NCBI RefSeq assembly: GCF_006345805.1
Contig: NC_043002.1
Coordinates: forward strand, 6,448,001-6,512,000
Direction: 5' to 3'
Length of the DNA: 64,000 bases
Source of the DNA: Octopus sinensis
Taxonomy: Eukaryota
In this document: positions 40,763-53,464 of the stretch, one piece after another
Layout of the letters: each line of letters opens with the position of its first letter
Position numbering within the stretch: the stretch's first letter is position 1
Program-made: the position numbers and the translations under genes
Notes under the pieces: generated by a model
The model's database searches: none
What the model was told of the DNA's origin: nothing
Seen by the model: the letters and a program-made list of their open reading frames with translations, nothing else

Positions 40763-40944
40763 ACGCTTAATATTTATAGCGCAACGGCAAAATACATGTA
40801 TGTCTGAATGAATAGTTCGAAAGACCAAGCATGGCCGAAGGCTTAACGACTACATTTTGTAACTGGATTTTAATATAACCTCGAGTCGACTGTTGTCTTG
40901 CGAAAAAAGAATTATATTTTCAGAAAATATCTTGAAGCCTTTAC

Positions 40945-41111
40945 TTCTTTATTTCCCACAAGGGGCTAAACATAGAGGGGACAAACGGATTAAGTCGATT
41001 ACACCGACCCCTGTGCGTAACTGGTACTTAATTTATCGACCCCGAAAGGAAGAAAGGCAAAGTAGACCTAGACGGAATTTGAACTCAGACCGTAAAGACA
41101 GACGAAATACC
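40945..41111 (-). mobile_element. SINE family B, 5'-truncated
   Basis: Ends at GACGAAATACC (41111). Confidence 0.85.
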
Positions 41112-41650
41112 TAGCCGTAATATAAGCCGGTTCTCACTGATTCCGGTTGATGACTACGTTCATAGCACTAGTACATCCTAAATAGTCAACTGCCCACATT
41201 GTAATTCAATTGGTATTGTGATCCTTTGATCGAGCAACTCAAATAGACAACGCTGAAATTAGCGAAAGATAAAATTTGTTATTTTATACGTAAAATATTG
41301 ATTATTAGAACCGACTCGTTACCAGAGAATGTATAACTTACTTCAGTGTCTGTTAATTTCCCTTTTAAACCATTTCTAAATTTTTCGTTGTGCAATCTTT
41401 TCTTCCATTGTTAAATCATTGGGCACGATATGAAGGAGATTTGTTTGTTATTTCTAACAATTAGGGCGATCGTGCAAAGGATCCCTCGCTAGTTCAATGT
41501 AATACTAGTTTCATACAAGTAAGAACAAACTTTTACTTGACGTTAGAAAGACAAGTGAAGAAATTGAAACTGCATCAGCGACTATATCCTGATAGTTATT
41601 TATCATCTACTCTCTCTCTCTTTCTCTCCCTCTCTCTCTCTCTCTGTCGC

Positions 41651-41716
<66 letters not shown>

Positions 41717-41769
41717 AATTAATTCCAAAAGGCAGGTTCTGCAATTAATTGCGAAATTCAAGTAATATT

Positions 41770-42621
41770 CGTTTCTGCTCTAGGCACAAGGCCCGAAATT
41801 TTGGATGAGGAGGCCAGTCGATTAGATCGACCCCAGTACGCAACTGGTACTTAATCTAAGGACCCCGAATGGATGAATTTGACCTCAGCGGAATTTGAAC
41901 TCAGAACGTAAAGACAGAAGAAATGCCCCTAAGCATTTTGCATGGTGTGCTAACGATTCTCATTTCTTTACTACACACACGGGGCTAAACACAGAGGGGA
42001 CAAACTCAGAACGTAAAGACAGACGAAATACCTATTTCTTCACTGCTATACACAGAGGGGACAAACAAGGACAGACAAACGGATTAAGTCGATTATATCA
42101 ACCCCAGTGCGTAACTGGTATATATTTAATCGACCCCGAAAGGATGAAAGGCAATGTCAACCTCGGCGGAATTTGAAATCAGAACGCACCGGCAGACAAA
42201 ATTCCTATTTCTTCATTACCCACGAGGGGCTAAACATAGAGGGAACAAATAAGGACATACATAGGTATTAAGTCGATTACATCGAGCCCAGTGCGTAACT
42301 GGTACTTAATTTATCGACCCCGAAAGGATGAAAGGCGAAGTTGGACGAAATATCGCTAAGCGTTTCGGCTGGCATGCTACCGTTTCTTATTTCTTTACTA
42401 CCCACAAGGGGCTAAACATAGAGGGGACAAACAAGGACAGACAAACGGATTAAGTCGATTACATCGACCTCAGTGCGTAACTTGTACTTAATATATCGAC
42501 CCCGAAAGAATGAAAGGCAAAATCGACCTCGGCGGAATTTGAACTCAGAATGTAACGGCAGACGAATTGCTGCTAAGCATTTCGCCCGGCGTGCTAACGT
42601 TTCTGCCAGCTCGCCGCCTTA
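41770..42621 (-). mobile_element. SINE family B pentameric mosaic
   Basis: Five head-to-tail units; outer 16-bp TSD AAATTCAAGTAATATT at 41754 and 42622. Confidence 0.85.
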
Positions 42622-43323
42622 AAATTCAAGTAATATTGATATCTTATTGATCATCCTATAATGAAGTCCTATAATGATTGTGAGGGTAAAGAAATATCGA
42701 CTGTTGCGATTTCGGCGTGCTGTTTATGATGTTACGTGGCATAGCAAATGTTTCCATCCTGAATATATACCGCAACACACCAGGAAGCAAACAGAAGATT
42801 TATAAATATCATAAAAGATAAATATCATATTCTGGAGGCTCATCTGGTTTCCATGCACTTTGTAAATATTTTGTTGTTTTATTAATACGTTTCATATACA
42901 CCCAGTAGGTATACATACATAAATACATACATACATACATACATAAATACATACATACATACATAATACTGTATGTACACACACGCACGTACGCACGCAC
43001 ACACGCACACACATACACAGAGGAAAATATGCATTTGTCATAGGAATTCTGCGGGAGGCCTATGGAGTATAGAACGTGTGAACTTTTCTTAACCTTTAAA
43101 TTTTCTATTCTATGAGTAAATATCTATCAAACTATCTGCATACTATTTATATACATGGAGATACGCATACATACATTTACACACACACACACACACAAAC
43201 ACACGCACAGACACACACATATATGTAGATTGATATATAATATATATCATATATATGTGTGTTATATATATACATATACATAAATGCATACATACATACA
43301 TACATGATATATATATATATATA

Positions 43324-43423
<100 letters not shown>

Positions 43424-43490
43424 TGAGGGAATATTAATCATAACTTACAGGGAAAAATTCAATTTAGAAATATTAATCAAATTTTATACA

Positions 43491-43559
<69 letters not shown>

Positions 43560-43807
43560 TAATAAATTAGAAGAAATTTGAAGTATATTTATATCGAAGT
43601 GATTTTACTACTCCTATTAGATATAGCCACGAAACACGTGTTGTTATTTTACCAATTATATACGTTTATATTATTTTTTTGCAATTTACTTAATCATCAG
43701 TATATTATCGTTATTTTAATTTTGATGTTTCTATTATATGTAATTTTCTAGATGGTGTAATTTAATTGTTCATTTTGAATTGATAAAATGTGTTTTTTTT
43801 CTAATTC

Positions 43808-43905
<98 letters not shown>

Positions 43906-44409
43906 ATATTTATATATATACACTTACATATGTGCATCAGTATGTATATATGCGTATATGTATGCGCATGTGTGTGAATAATAATAATAAATTTTGTTGA
44001 GGGTATCGAAATTTGTTTACGCCGTTGATACTTTAGGAAAAACATGAATAATGCAATGGCCAACTCCTGCTTCTCTGTTGAACTTAGATTGCTCTCCAAT
44101 GTGAAAAATTCCGCTTGGAATTACTCCAATGTAATCACCCTGAAATTTCATGATCCGAAAATTTATGCATGTATCAGTTATTACTTCGGCGAGGTAGATA
44201 TATATCATTCTTCCGTCATATGCACTGGTATTGCAGTGGTATCAAAAACGCTGAGTTATATTACGAAGAGATACGTTTATTACTTTAGCATCGTATATCG
44301 CACGTATCATATGCAGCATCAATATCTTGCTATTATAATCCATAAAGAAATGTATTATAATCCATAAAGAAAACCACTCTGTAGTAGCTGGATCAGCTAG
44401 AAATATCAG

Positions 44410-44464
44410 TCAAACATGCGAATACACCGGATTGTATCGGCCGGGGTACAGCATATCTGTGTAT
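44410..44464 (-). CDS. Possible terminal coding exon (xYTDMLYPGRYNPVYSHV*)
   Basis: Strong acceptor CAATCTTCATTTTGCAG, NPxY and class-I PDZ-like SHV*, AATAAA ~130 nt downstream; no upstream exon linked. Confidence 0.25.
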
Positions 44465-45419
44465 CTGCAAAATGAAGATTGGATGACATAGGAGGTATAC
44501 TTTTAAGTATAAGAACCATAAGAATTGGGGTTGACCTGGGGCTAAGCAACAGCAACGCTTGGAGAAACAGTAAAGTAAATGTAGTCGGTGGGGCCAAAAC
44601 TAAAAGGGATATAACTAATTGAAAGGATCATTTTTACTTGGCTTTATATCCTTTCAAATGAACCCGATGTCTCTCATTATATAAATTGCAGAGATCAAAT
44701 ATTTTATTGGATAAAATATCATGGTTTCATACTTGGTTTTGTGAATACATAAACTACGAACTTATAAGAGTTAACTGACATTCACCTGGCTCTATGCTTG
44801 TCAGATTTTCTTTACATAAAATTGTTAGTATTTTATTTCATTTAAGGACAATCATTATTGCTTAAAATCACTAGACCTCAGCTTTGTGGCTTCACGGTGG
44901 ACTCGAGATGAAATAATAACAAAAAATAAATAGATTAACGAATAAAAATAACTGGAATATCGAAGATCAAGAAAAAACATCGACCGTGTTCTGAAAACCA
45001 AATAACAACAATTACTGGCGCACTTCAAATGGGAAATTAAAATAAAAATTAAGTTAAGTTAAATATTTAGAGAGATTAATGCTTATCTTATGTATAGCAA
45101 AACTATAAAAAAAAATATGTTTCTCAAGACATTGACGCATTAATATGAATTTTCTAAAGCGTTGGACTATGTTTTTTCAAAATCCACCGGACACCAAGAT
45201 ACATGTTGTGGTTGACTGGTGAGACATGATGCACTGTGTAAGAACCACTGAGGTAAATACAGGATTTTATTGAAGTTAGCATAGTTTCATGCGTAAGGTT
45301 TGTAAGTAAACTGAAAGTGTAATGAAAACTAGCGAACAAAGAAATAAAGTCAAAGAGAAGTAACAATGCTGATCAAGGAAAAAGTTATAGGGAAACATAT
45401 CACTATTTATCTAAATACC

Positions 45420-45650
45420 TATTTGTTTACTACACACAAGGGGCTAAACACAGAGGGGACAGACAAAGACAGACAAACGCATTAAGTCGATTATATCGAC
45501 CCCAGTGCGTAACTGGTACTTTATTTATCGACCCCGAAAAGATGAAAGGCAAAGTCGACCTCGGCGGAATGTGAACTCAGAACGTAACGGCAGACGAAAT
45601 ACCGCTAAGCATTTAGCCCGAAGCGCTAACGTTTCTGCCAGCTCTCTGCC
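45420..45650 (-). mobile_element. SINE family B
   Basis: TSD TTTATCTAAATACC at 45406 and 45651. Confidence 0.92.
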
Positions 45651-45874
45651 TTTATCTAAATACCATTAATAATAATCACGGTGATTAAGCAAATAATATT
45701 TTACCTTACAATTCTTGACTTGTACACAATAATTTCATATACGCCTGATGATATTATTACTTTGCTATCAGCGACAGGAACACCTTTTGTATTGAATAAC
45801 TTGGATGTTCTGTTTATAACACTTTAGTCGGAATTTCCTCAACCAATAATAGAATTTCAATGCTTTTTAGCATC

Positions 45875-46172
45875 TGTCGTCCACTCGAAATGAGTTTCGC
45901 CTCGACTGGCTTCCGTGCCGGTGGCACATAAAATACACCAATCCGACCGTCGCCGTTGCCAGCCTCGCCTGGCACCTGTGCAGGTGGCACGTAAAAAGCA
46001 CCCACTACACTCACAGAGTGGTTGGTGTTAGGAAGGGCATCCAGCTGTAGAAACATTGCCAGATAAGACTGGAGCTTGGTGCAGCCTTCTGGCTTCCCAG
46101 ATCCCCGGTTGAACCGTCCAACCCATGCTAGCATGGAGAACGGACGTTAAACGATGATGATGATGATGATGT
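45875..46172 (+). mobile_element. SINE-like element, family E, with RTE-type (GAT)n tail
   Basis: AGGAAGGGCATCCAGCTGTAGAAAC...CCAACCCATGCTAGCATGGAGAACGGACGTTAAACGATGATGATG. Confidence 0.75.
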
Positions 46173-46614
46173 TTACAGCAGTCTAAGGCATCTTAAGTTA
46201 TTCATCCAAGTTAGGCTGAATATATTAATTGATATTCGTTAAAAAACTTAATATTCGTCACAAAAGCTGCTTCTGTCGCAAATAGCTAATTCATACACAG
46301 CCCGCCAGATTTTCGCGACACTATTCGCTGTTTGGCCAGTATTATTCTATATCGATGTGACTAATTTTCTATCTGGTATTCGCTTTTGTCAGCTGCAGCT
46401 TATATTTCGCGATACGGCGAAATCACATGATACGTTGTGCCATCCACCGGTTTCTGATGGAATTTCGTCAACCGATAATAGAATTTCGCCGATTTTCAAT
46501 GTTAGCCATCTACACAAAACGAACTTACGGGACGTTTACAACAGTATAAGTCGTTACACGCAACACGTCCAAGTCAGTTTGGATGTATTAATTCACATCT
46601 GTACATCTAACCTG

Positions 46615-46790
46615 GCATTTATTTTATCTCTTTCAGTCATTGGACGTTGGCCATGCTGGAACACTATCATGAAGGATTTGGTTGAACAAATCGACCCCCA
46701 TTATTATACCTTTTAAAGTCTGTACGTATTCTATAGAATCTCTTTTGCCGAACCGAATGTTACAGGGAAGCAAGCAAATCGATTACAGTT
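46615..46790 (-). mobile_element. SINE family A, degraded 3' part
   Basis: TTTCAGTCATTGGACGTTGGCCATGCTGGAAC...CAAATCGACCCC. Confidence 0.7.
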
Positions 46791-47928
46791 GTCCCACGTC
46801 GGAAAGACTAAGATACGCACACGCAGAGGTACACGCAGGCGCACGCGCGGGCGCACACGTAGGAAGACTGTCTGTCCACGCATACGCACATCTTTAATGA
46901 TCAGTTACCATTGTTTCTGCATCAAATCTGCTTTGAACCCAGTTTATATAAAGGTTAAAAGTGGAAATTTACCTAAGTGGGGTTAGACTCTAAGCGACGA
47001 CGAAGGCAAGAAAAACCGGAGATATGTTGTTCATTGAGTTTGTAGCAAAAATTCGCACCACTTTCCTTCTAAGATCATTTCAGAAACTTGTGGCTGGTTC
47101 TATGCAGGTCTTCACCACTGAAAACAAATCATCTGTTTAGTTAATGCAACGACGGTAACATTGGTTGTTAAACAATCTTATATGGAAGTCGAATATATAT
47201 ATCCACCATGTTCTTAATGATGAAATCAACATCTCTGTCTATATATCTACTCTCTTTGCAATGAAATAAGTATAAGAATATGCATTGTCCGTTTAACTAA
47301 TCAATTCTATATGTGGCTGAAGATTGCTCGACATTTTAAAACTGATGTAATACTTACAGTGTTTAATTAAATGAAGTAGCATGAAACAATTGTACTACAC
47401 TACCTTGGATATCCTTGTTGCTTATTTTGATTATAATCACCCCATTTGATTTATATGGATAATACCATACAAAATTCTGGTGCCTTTAACTTAAGTACCA
47501 TATTCATCTGAATCTAAATTTTGCTGAACATATAAATATATAGACAATAATAATAAGGGTAATATTAATTGATTATTAATTAATAATTTTACCAAGTGTT
47601 CAGTATGTAAAAAGACCATTTACGGTATATTCAAAACATTACGTTATATAATTAGGGTTCAGCAAAAAAATTTACTTTACCACACACCGAACTTTTAGAA
47701 ATAGCAGCCAAAGAATTTAGCCATTTCCTCTACTATAAGAAGAGTCTCCCAGACTATGTATACTCAAAAACAATTCACGTAGGTATAGAGGGAAAAATAA
47801 CGAAAGATCACTCGTACATCGATTACTTGAGAACGCCGTTTCTGGGTTAGTTAGATATAGAGATGCTAGAAATATATACCTATATCAACATTCCTGTCAC
47901 CAGCACAAGATTTCGTTAACTTTAAATT

Positions 47929-47962
<34 letters not shown>

Positions 47963-48689
47963 TGTATGTATGTATGTATGTATGTATATGTATATGTATA
48001 TGAGACTTGCCTTTAGCAGTTGAAATGTGTCACAAACATTGTTTCAAATAACTTAAAATTCGCTTATGCTTAAACACTGCTTGGCGCTGATGCTGCTGTA
48101 ACTTTTACCGACCTGGCAGTCTAATGGCGGAGCTCAGTAAATGCGTGTTGACTGTGGTTTAGTTAAAGCTACAGCTTTAATTAAATTTTTCGAGAGTTGC
48201 CTCACATCGGTATTTCCCATTGAGAACAGCTAAATATCTAGAAACGTATCTGGGAAAATCCGACAGATATGACGTTTATACACCTTTTTGTTTTTACCAT
48301 TAAAGAGAATTTTATCTCCACGGAAGCCGTAGGGAATTTCCTTTTAGAAGCTGAAATACCTCACAAACATATTTTAACTTACCGCCTTGTAAGGATAACT
48401 TACCCAGTATTTCTGCTGGTCTAACGGCAACCCTGCATTCCGAAAAAATATCAACTTATTTGTATCGTTGAATAGACATTTTCGACGCTTCTAATAAAAG
48501 AACAAATATTCGTTTGTTTACATTTATACGTACATACATACGTACATACATACATTCATACATACAAGCATATTTGTGTGTGTGTGTCTGTGTGTGTGTG
48601 TGTCTATGTGTGTGTGCGTATATGCAGAAAAAACATGGGCTTGAACTTGGTATTTTTTAATTTCATTTTATATATGCTTCAGAGCTCTG

Positions 48690-49755
48690 TAAAATAATAT
48701 TTGGCCACGCATGGGCTTGACCCGAAAAGTTCAGTTCTTGAATTCAGACATATTGAGGGGTCTAAGCTAATTTTCCAGATGAGCCATCTTTCCATATCAC
48801 ATAGACTGCACTTTCCAATGCCGTTAGTGTAGGGCTTACATTTCGCTAAGATCTTCCAATGGATGTTGTAACTGACACCTTTATCTTTTAATGACCATAT
48901 ATGACTGGATAATTTGGTCGTTTTCCTTTTATCTCAAGGTTTGATTATTGAACCTGGCCTTGAAATTACCCTATGTAAGGCCCACGTATTTCTTCGTCGA
49001 AACCGTGTCTTTAGTGGCTCCATAAATGATGGTCTCGGACATGCAAGCTCCATTTAGCGGGCACAATTTTTTTCCTTGCAAGAACAGCTAGTTTCGTATT
49101 GTGGTTTTTATGTGTTGTGCGCGATTATATTTTTAAAATTCATAGTGGAGCTGAAACTTATTTTTAAGTTGTGTCTATTGAAGAGATTTCTGTAAGTATG
49201 GTTGACTGGAAAAATGTCTATCTATCAGTGCTAAGAAATACTTGCCTATATTGAAGGTCACCTCGGCTGAGAAGTGGGGTGTGAATCAGATGGTTTTCCT
49301 ATTCCTATGTTTCCACTTCTTTATCGTTGGGCTGGTGGCAGATGTATAGGTTATTTCCTCACTAAAACCACTATCTTTTAGAGCCTTGTTATATGCTGGG
49401 ACAACGCTATTAAAATGTCCTTATCGGAGGAGAGGCTAGAAATTCTCTTGCTAATGTTTTTAACTAAATTTTTAAACAGTATAGGTGGATGGCAGGAACC
49501 TGTATTAATATAACTAAGTCTATCATTGGGCTTCCTATAGGGCTTATAAATGTTCTTATTTAGATTTAAGGATACATCTAAGAAATTGACAACCGTCAGT
49601 TTGGTGTCTGTAGTTATACTAAGTCCGAGGGTCTTCATCAAATAGATAATGTCCTTCCAAAACCGATCCTGTGCTGGTTCATTAGTATTTGCGGTTAAGG
49701 CTAGGTTATAATCGTTGTAGATGGCAAAGTATATGTCAGGAAAGGTCTTGCTCAA
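48690..49755 (-). pseudogene. 5'-truncated Penelope-like element (RT C-terminus plus GIY-YIG; probably Naiad-type)
   Basis: VNFLDVSLNL...YKPYRKPND...SCHPP...KRISSLSS; CSC...CPLNG.C; KKYVGLT; KCSLCDMER...LNSRTELF. Confidence 0.88.
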
Positions 49756-50387
49756 CGTATAAATATATATATGCATATATATATATATATGACACTATCA
49801 TCAAATATTATCTTCCGCTAATTATTTGCAACACTTCAGTGTTGATGAAATAAGTAAAGAAGCATTGGCCTTGATGCTAATTCTATGCGAACCTTGGTTT
49901 AGTAGAGGTGTGATCGGAGGCATCCTAACCATGGTCATTCCATCTAATAGTGTATCAACGATTACACCCATCCGTGTCATCTTCTTTCAGGCGATGGTTG
50001 AGTATGATTTGAGTGGTATTTGGCTGTCATATCCAGTAGATCGCATTCACCGATACAATACTTCATTGGCTCAATAAATATCAGTGGCGTACAGAAATTG
50101 ATTTAAGTACAAATTTTACACTTCATTACAAAATTTTTCTCGGTGAAAGAAAATTTGCCATCAGTATATATTTTAATAGGATAGCGAAAAACAAACGTAA
50201 GTTATGGATGTACATAACAAAAATGTGGACAGCACAAACACAAAATACATGGCAGCTATACACATATACATACACAGGGAGGCGCCCAGGTACATGGATA
50301 TATATATGGCAAGCACATACATATTTCCACAGTGTAGTTAAATGTACGTTTATTAAATACTCTATCTCAAACCCCACCTCTCTCTCC

Positions 50388-50464
<77 letters not shown>

Positions 50465-50667
50465 CGTCTACGTGCGTGTATTCTTATGCATGTGTATTGT
50501 ATATAACTGCGAGTATATGTGCATGTGTGAGTGCGTGGAAACACGTACGTACAGCGACATATTTTCTGATGTACAAACGAACAATATTTAGAATATTTTT
50601 GTCGTGTATATGCGTATGCATTTGTGTATACGCCTGTCTGTGTGTATATATATATCTGTATACATGT

Positions 50668-50740
<73 letters not shown>

Positions 50741-50985
50741 GTATGTATGTGTGTTTGGGTATGTGTACTTTAGAATGTTACAGTTCTTTTGCAATAATCT
50801 ATGGAATTAAATTCCATAATGTTATTTTTTATTCTTGTTCACAGGATAACATCCCCCCCCCCACACCCATCATTTATTTTTTTAATGAAAATAGAAACTT
50901 AATTCTAGTGACGAAAGAAAAAAAATCTGTTATTATTTTAATATATTTATACATATGTGATAAATAAAAATTACATACGTGTATG

Positions 50986-51040
<55 letters not shown>

Positions 51041-51060
51041 TTTATGCATATATATATATA

Positions 51061-51112
<52 letters not shown>

Positions 51113-51324
51113 TATATATGTACATATACAATATACACAGATACTCATATTAAGTATTATATGTATTATAATATAAATATGTAATATATATCTGTATGTC
51201 TATGTATAATCTATATCTATATATATATCTATATTTATTGAGAAACAATAATATTGGTAATTTTGGTGACAGACATGATGCTGATGTTGACTGCAATATT
51301 AATAAAATACTAAAAGCGATGAAT

Positions 51325-51528
<204 letters not shown>

Positions 51529-51829
51529 GAAGGATGATAATATTAATAAATAAGGAAACAAAATTTTAATACATTTTGAAAATGTACGATATAGAAAAAT
51601 TGAAATGACATCAATTTATTAGTTTCGTAAACAAAAGAAAACACATACACACACGCACACATACGCACACACACACACACACGCACAGGTTAATGTACGT
51701 GTTACATATGTACAGCATGTATATATATTTGTGTGTGTGTTTTAATGTGTGTGTGTGTATGCATGGTGTGTTTGTGAGAGGGAATAAATAAATGAACACA
51801 CGCGAGTGGAGACATGAGAAAAGTAGAGA

Positions 51830-51871
<42 letters not shown>

Positions 51872-52463
51872 GAGAGAGAGAGAGAAAATTATTCAGCATC
51901 ATAAGTAAAAAAGGGATAAATTATTGGGCGCTGAATCATCTGAAATCTTTAATCCTAGTTACTCGATTACGAATTTCGGACGACTGTGACAAATAGAAAA
52001 CGTTCATAAGAGTCCGAATATGGGTTGCGGGAATATTTGAGTGACGATTTTTGATGATTCGGTTTTCCCAATTAAAAAAGGGAAATGTCTCAATTGTAAT
52101 TCATGTCCAATCAAGGTGAATTAAAAATTCAATTTAGCTGTAATTTCGCAACTTGTAATGATATTAGTTGCTTAATTAAATAAGCATTCCGCCAACGACA
52201 TAACTGCCACAAAACATTAACAAAAATTAAATCATAATACACTTTTAATTTGTCCAAAATATATATCTTTACACCCAGTCCACACGTAACTCACCTGCAC
52301 ACCACCTTAATATTGTCATTTTAAGCTGTATTGACCCTAACAGTTCTCCTCAAATCATTAATATCAAATTCAATGTAATTTATATCAAGCAAATATAGAT
52401 GGGCAACAACACGTCCATGTACTGTTTTGCACCAATCCTTTCAAATTTATGTATGTAAGAGCA

Positions 52464-52501
<38 letters not shown>

Positions 52502-52503
52502 CT

Positions 52504-52635
52504 AGGTGCAGGAGTGGCTGTGTGGTAAGTAGCTTGCTTACCAACCACATGGTTCCAGATTCAGTCCGGGCAAGTGTCTTATATTATAGCTTCGGGTCGA
52601 CCAAAGCCTTGTAAGTGCATTTGGTAGACGGACAC

Positions 52636-52718
<83 letters not shown>

Positions 52719-53003
52719 ATATGTATATATATATATACATATATATATGTATATATATATATGTAGAGGCGCAATGGCCTAGTGGTTAGGGCAGCGGACT
52801 CGCGGTCGCAGGATCGCGGTTTCGCGGTTTCGATTCTCAGACTGGGCGTTGTGTGTGTTTATTGAGCGAAAACACCTAAAAGCTCTACGAGGCTCCGGCA
52901 GGGGGTGGTGATCCCTGCTGTACTCTTTCACCACAATGGCGGTGCCCCAGCATGGCCACAGCTCAAGAGCTGAAACTGGAAAAACAAAAACAAAAACAAA
53001 AAC

Positions 53004-53054
<51 letters not shown>

Positions 53055-53290
53055 GGTGTGTGTGTGTGTGCATATGTTTGTGTGTCTGTGTTTGTCCCCC
53101 AACATCGCTTGACAACTGATGCTATTGTGTTTACGTCCCTGTAACTTAGCGGCTCGGCAAAAGAGACCGATAAAATAAGTACTAGGCTTAGAAAGAATAA
53201 GTCCTGGGGTCGATTTCTTCGACTGAAGACGGTGCTTCAGCCTGGCCGCGGTCAAATGGCTGAATCAAGTAAAAGAGTGAAAGGATAAGA
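52504..53290 (+). mobile_element. SINE family A split by TA tracts and a nested SINE C
   Basis: A head 52504-52632, A 3' part 53075-53290. Confidence 0.8.
52766..53002 (+). mobile_element. SINE family C, tail type 3
   Basis: C head then ATGGCGGTGCCCCAGCATGGCCACAGCTCAAGAGCTGAAACTGG(AAAAAC)n; the same tail stands alone at 25149. Confidence 0.75.
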
Positions 53291-53464
53291 GTATATATAT
53301 TACAAATATATTACTAATAATACTATTCAAACCGTGTGTCGATAGCCAATTGCAGGAGAAGTCTTCCTGGAGCTAAAAACAACAGTAATATCGTCCTCTG
53401 TGGGTCCGCGACATTTAGTTGGCAAATATATTTTATGATTTCGTACTGTTACTGTTTACCTCTC

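Noticed and set aside
40345-42621. Repeat-spacer pattern as CRISPR
   Set aside because: Units are long SINE bodies with no unique spacers; eukaryotic context.
44017-44208. Short minus-strand ORFs (GDYIGVIPSG..., LESNLSSTEKQ...)
   Set aside because: No recognisable domain and weak splice signals.
49285-49295. In-frame TGA in the Naiad-like element as selenocysteine
   Set aside because: Falls at the conserved Trp of the I-W-F-x-P motif, other stops are present, and no SECIS was seen.
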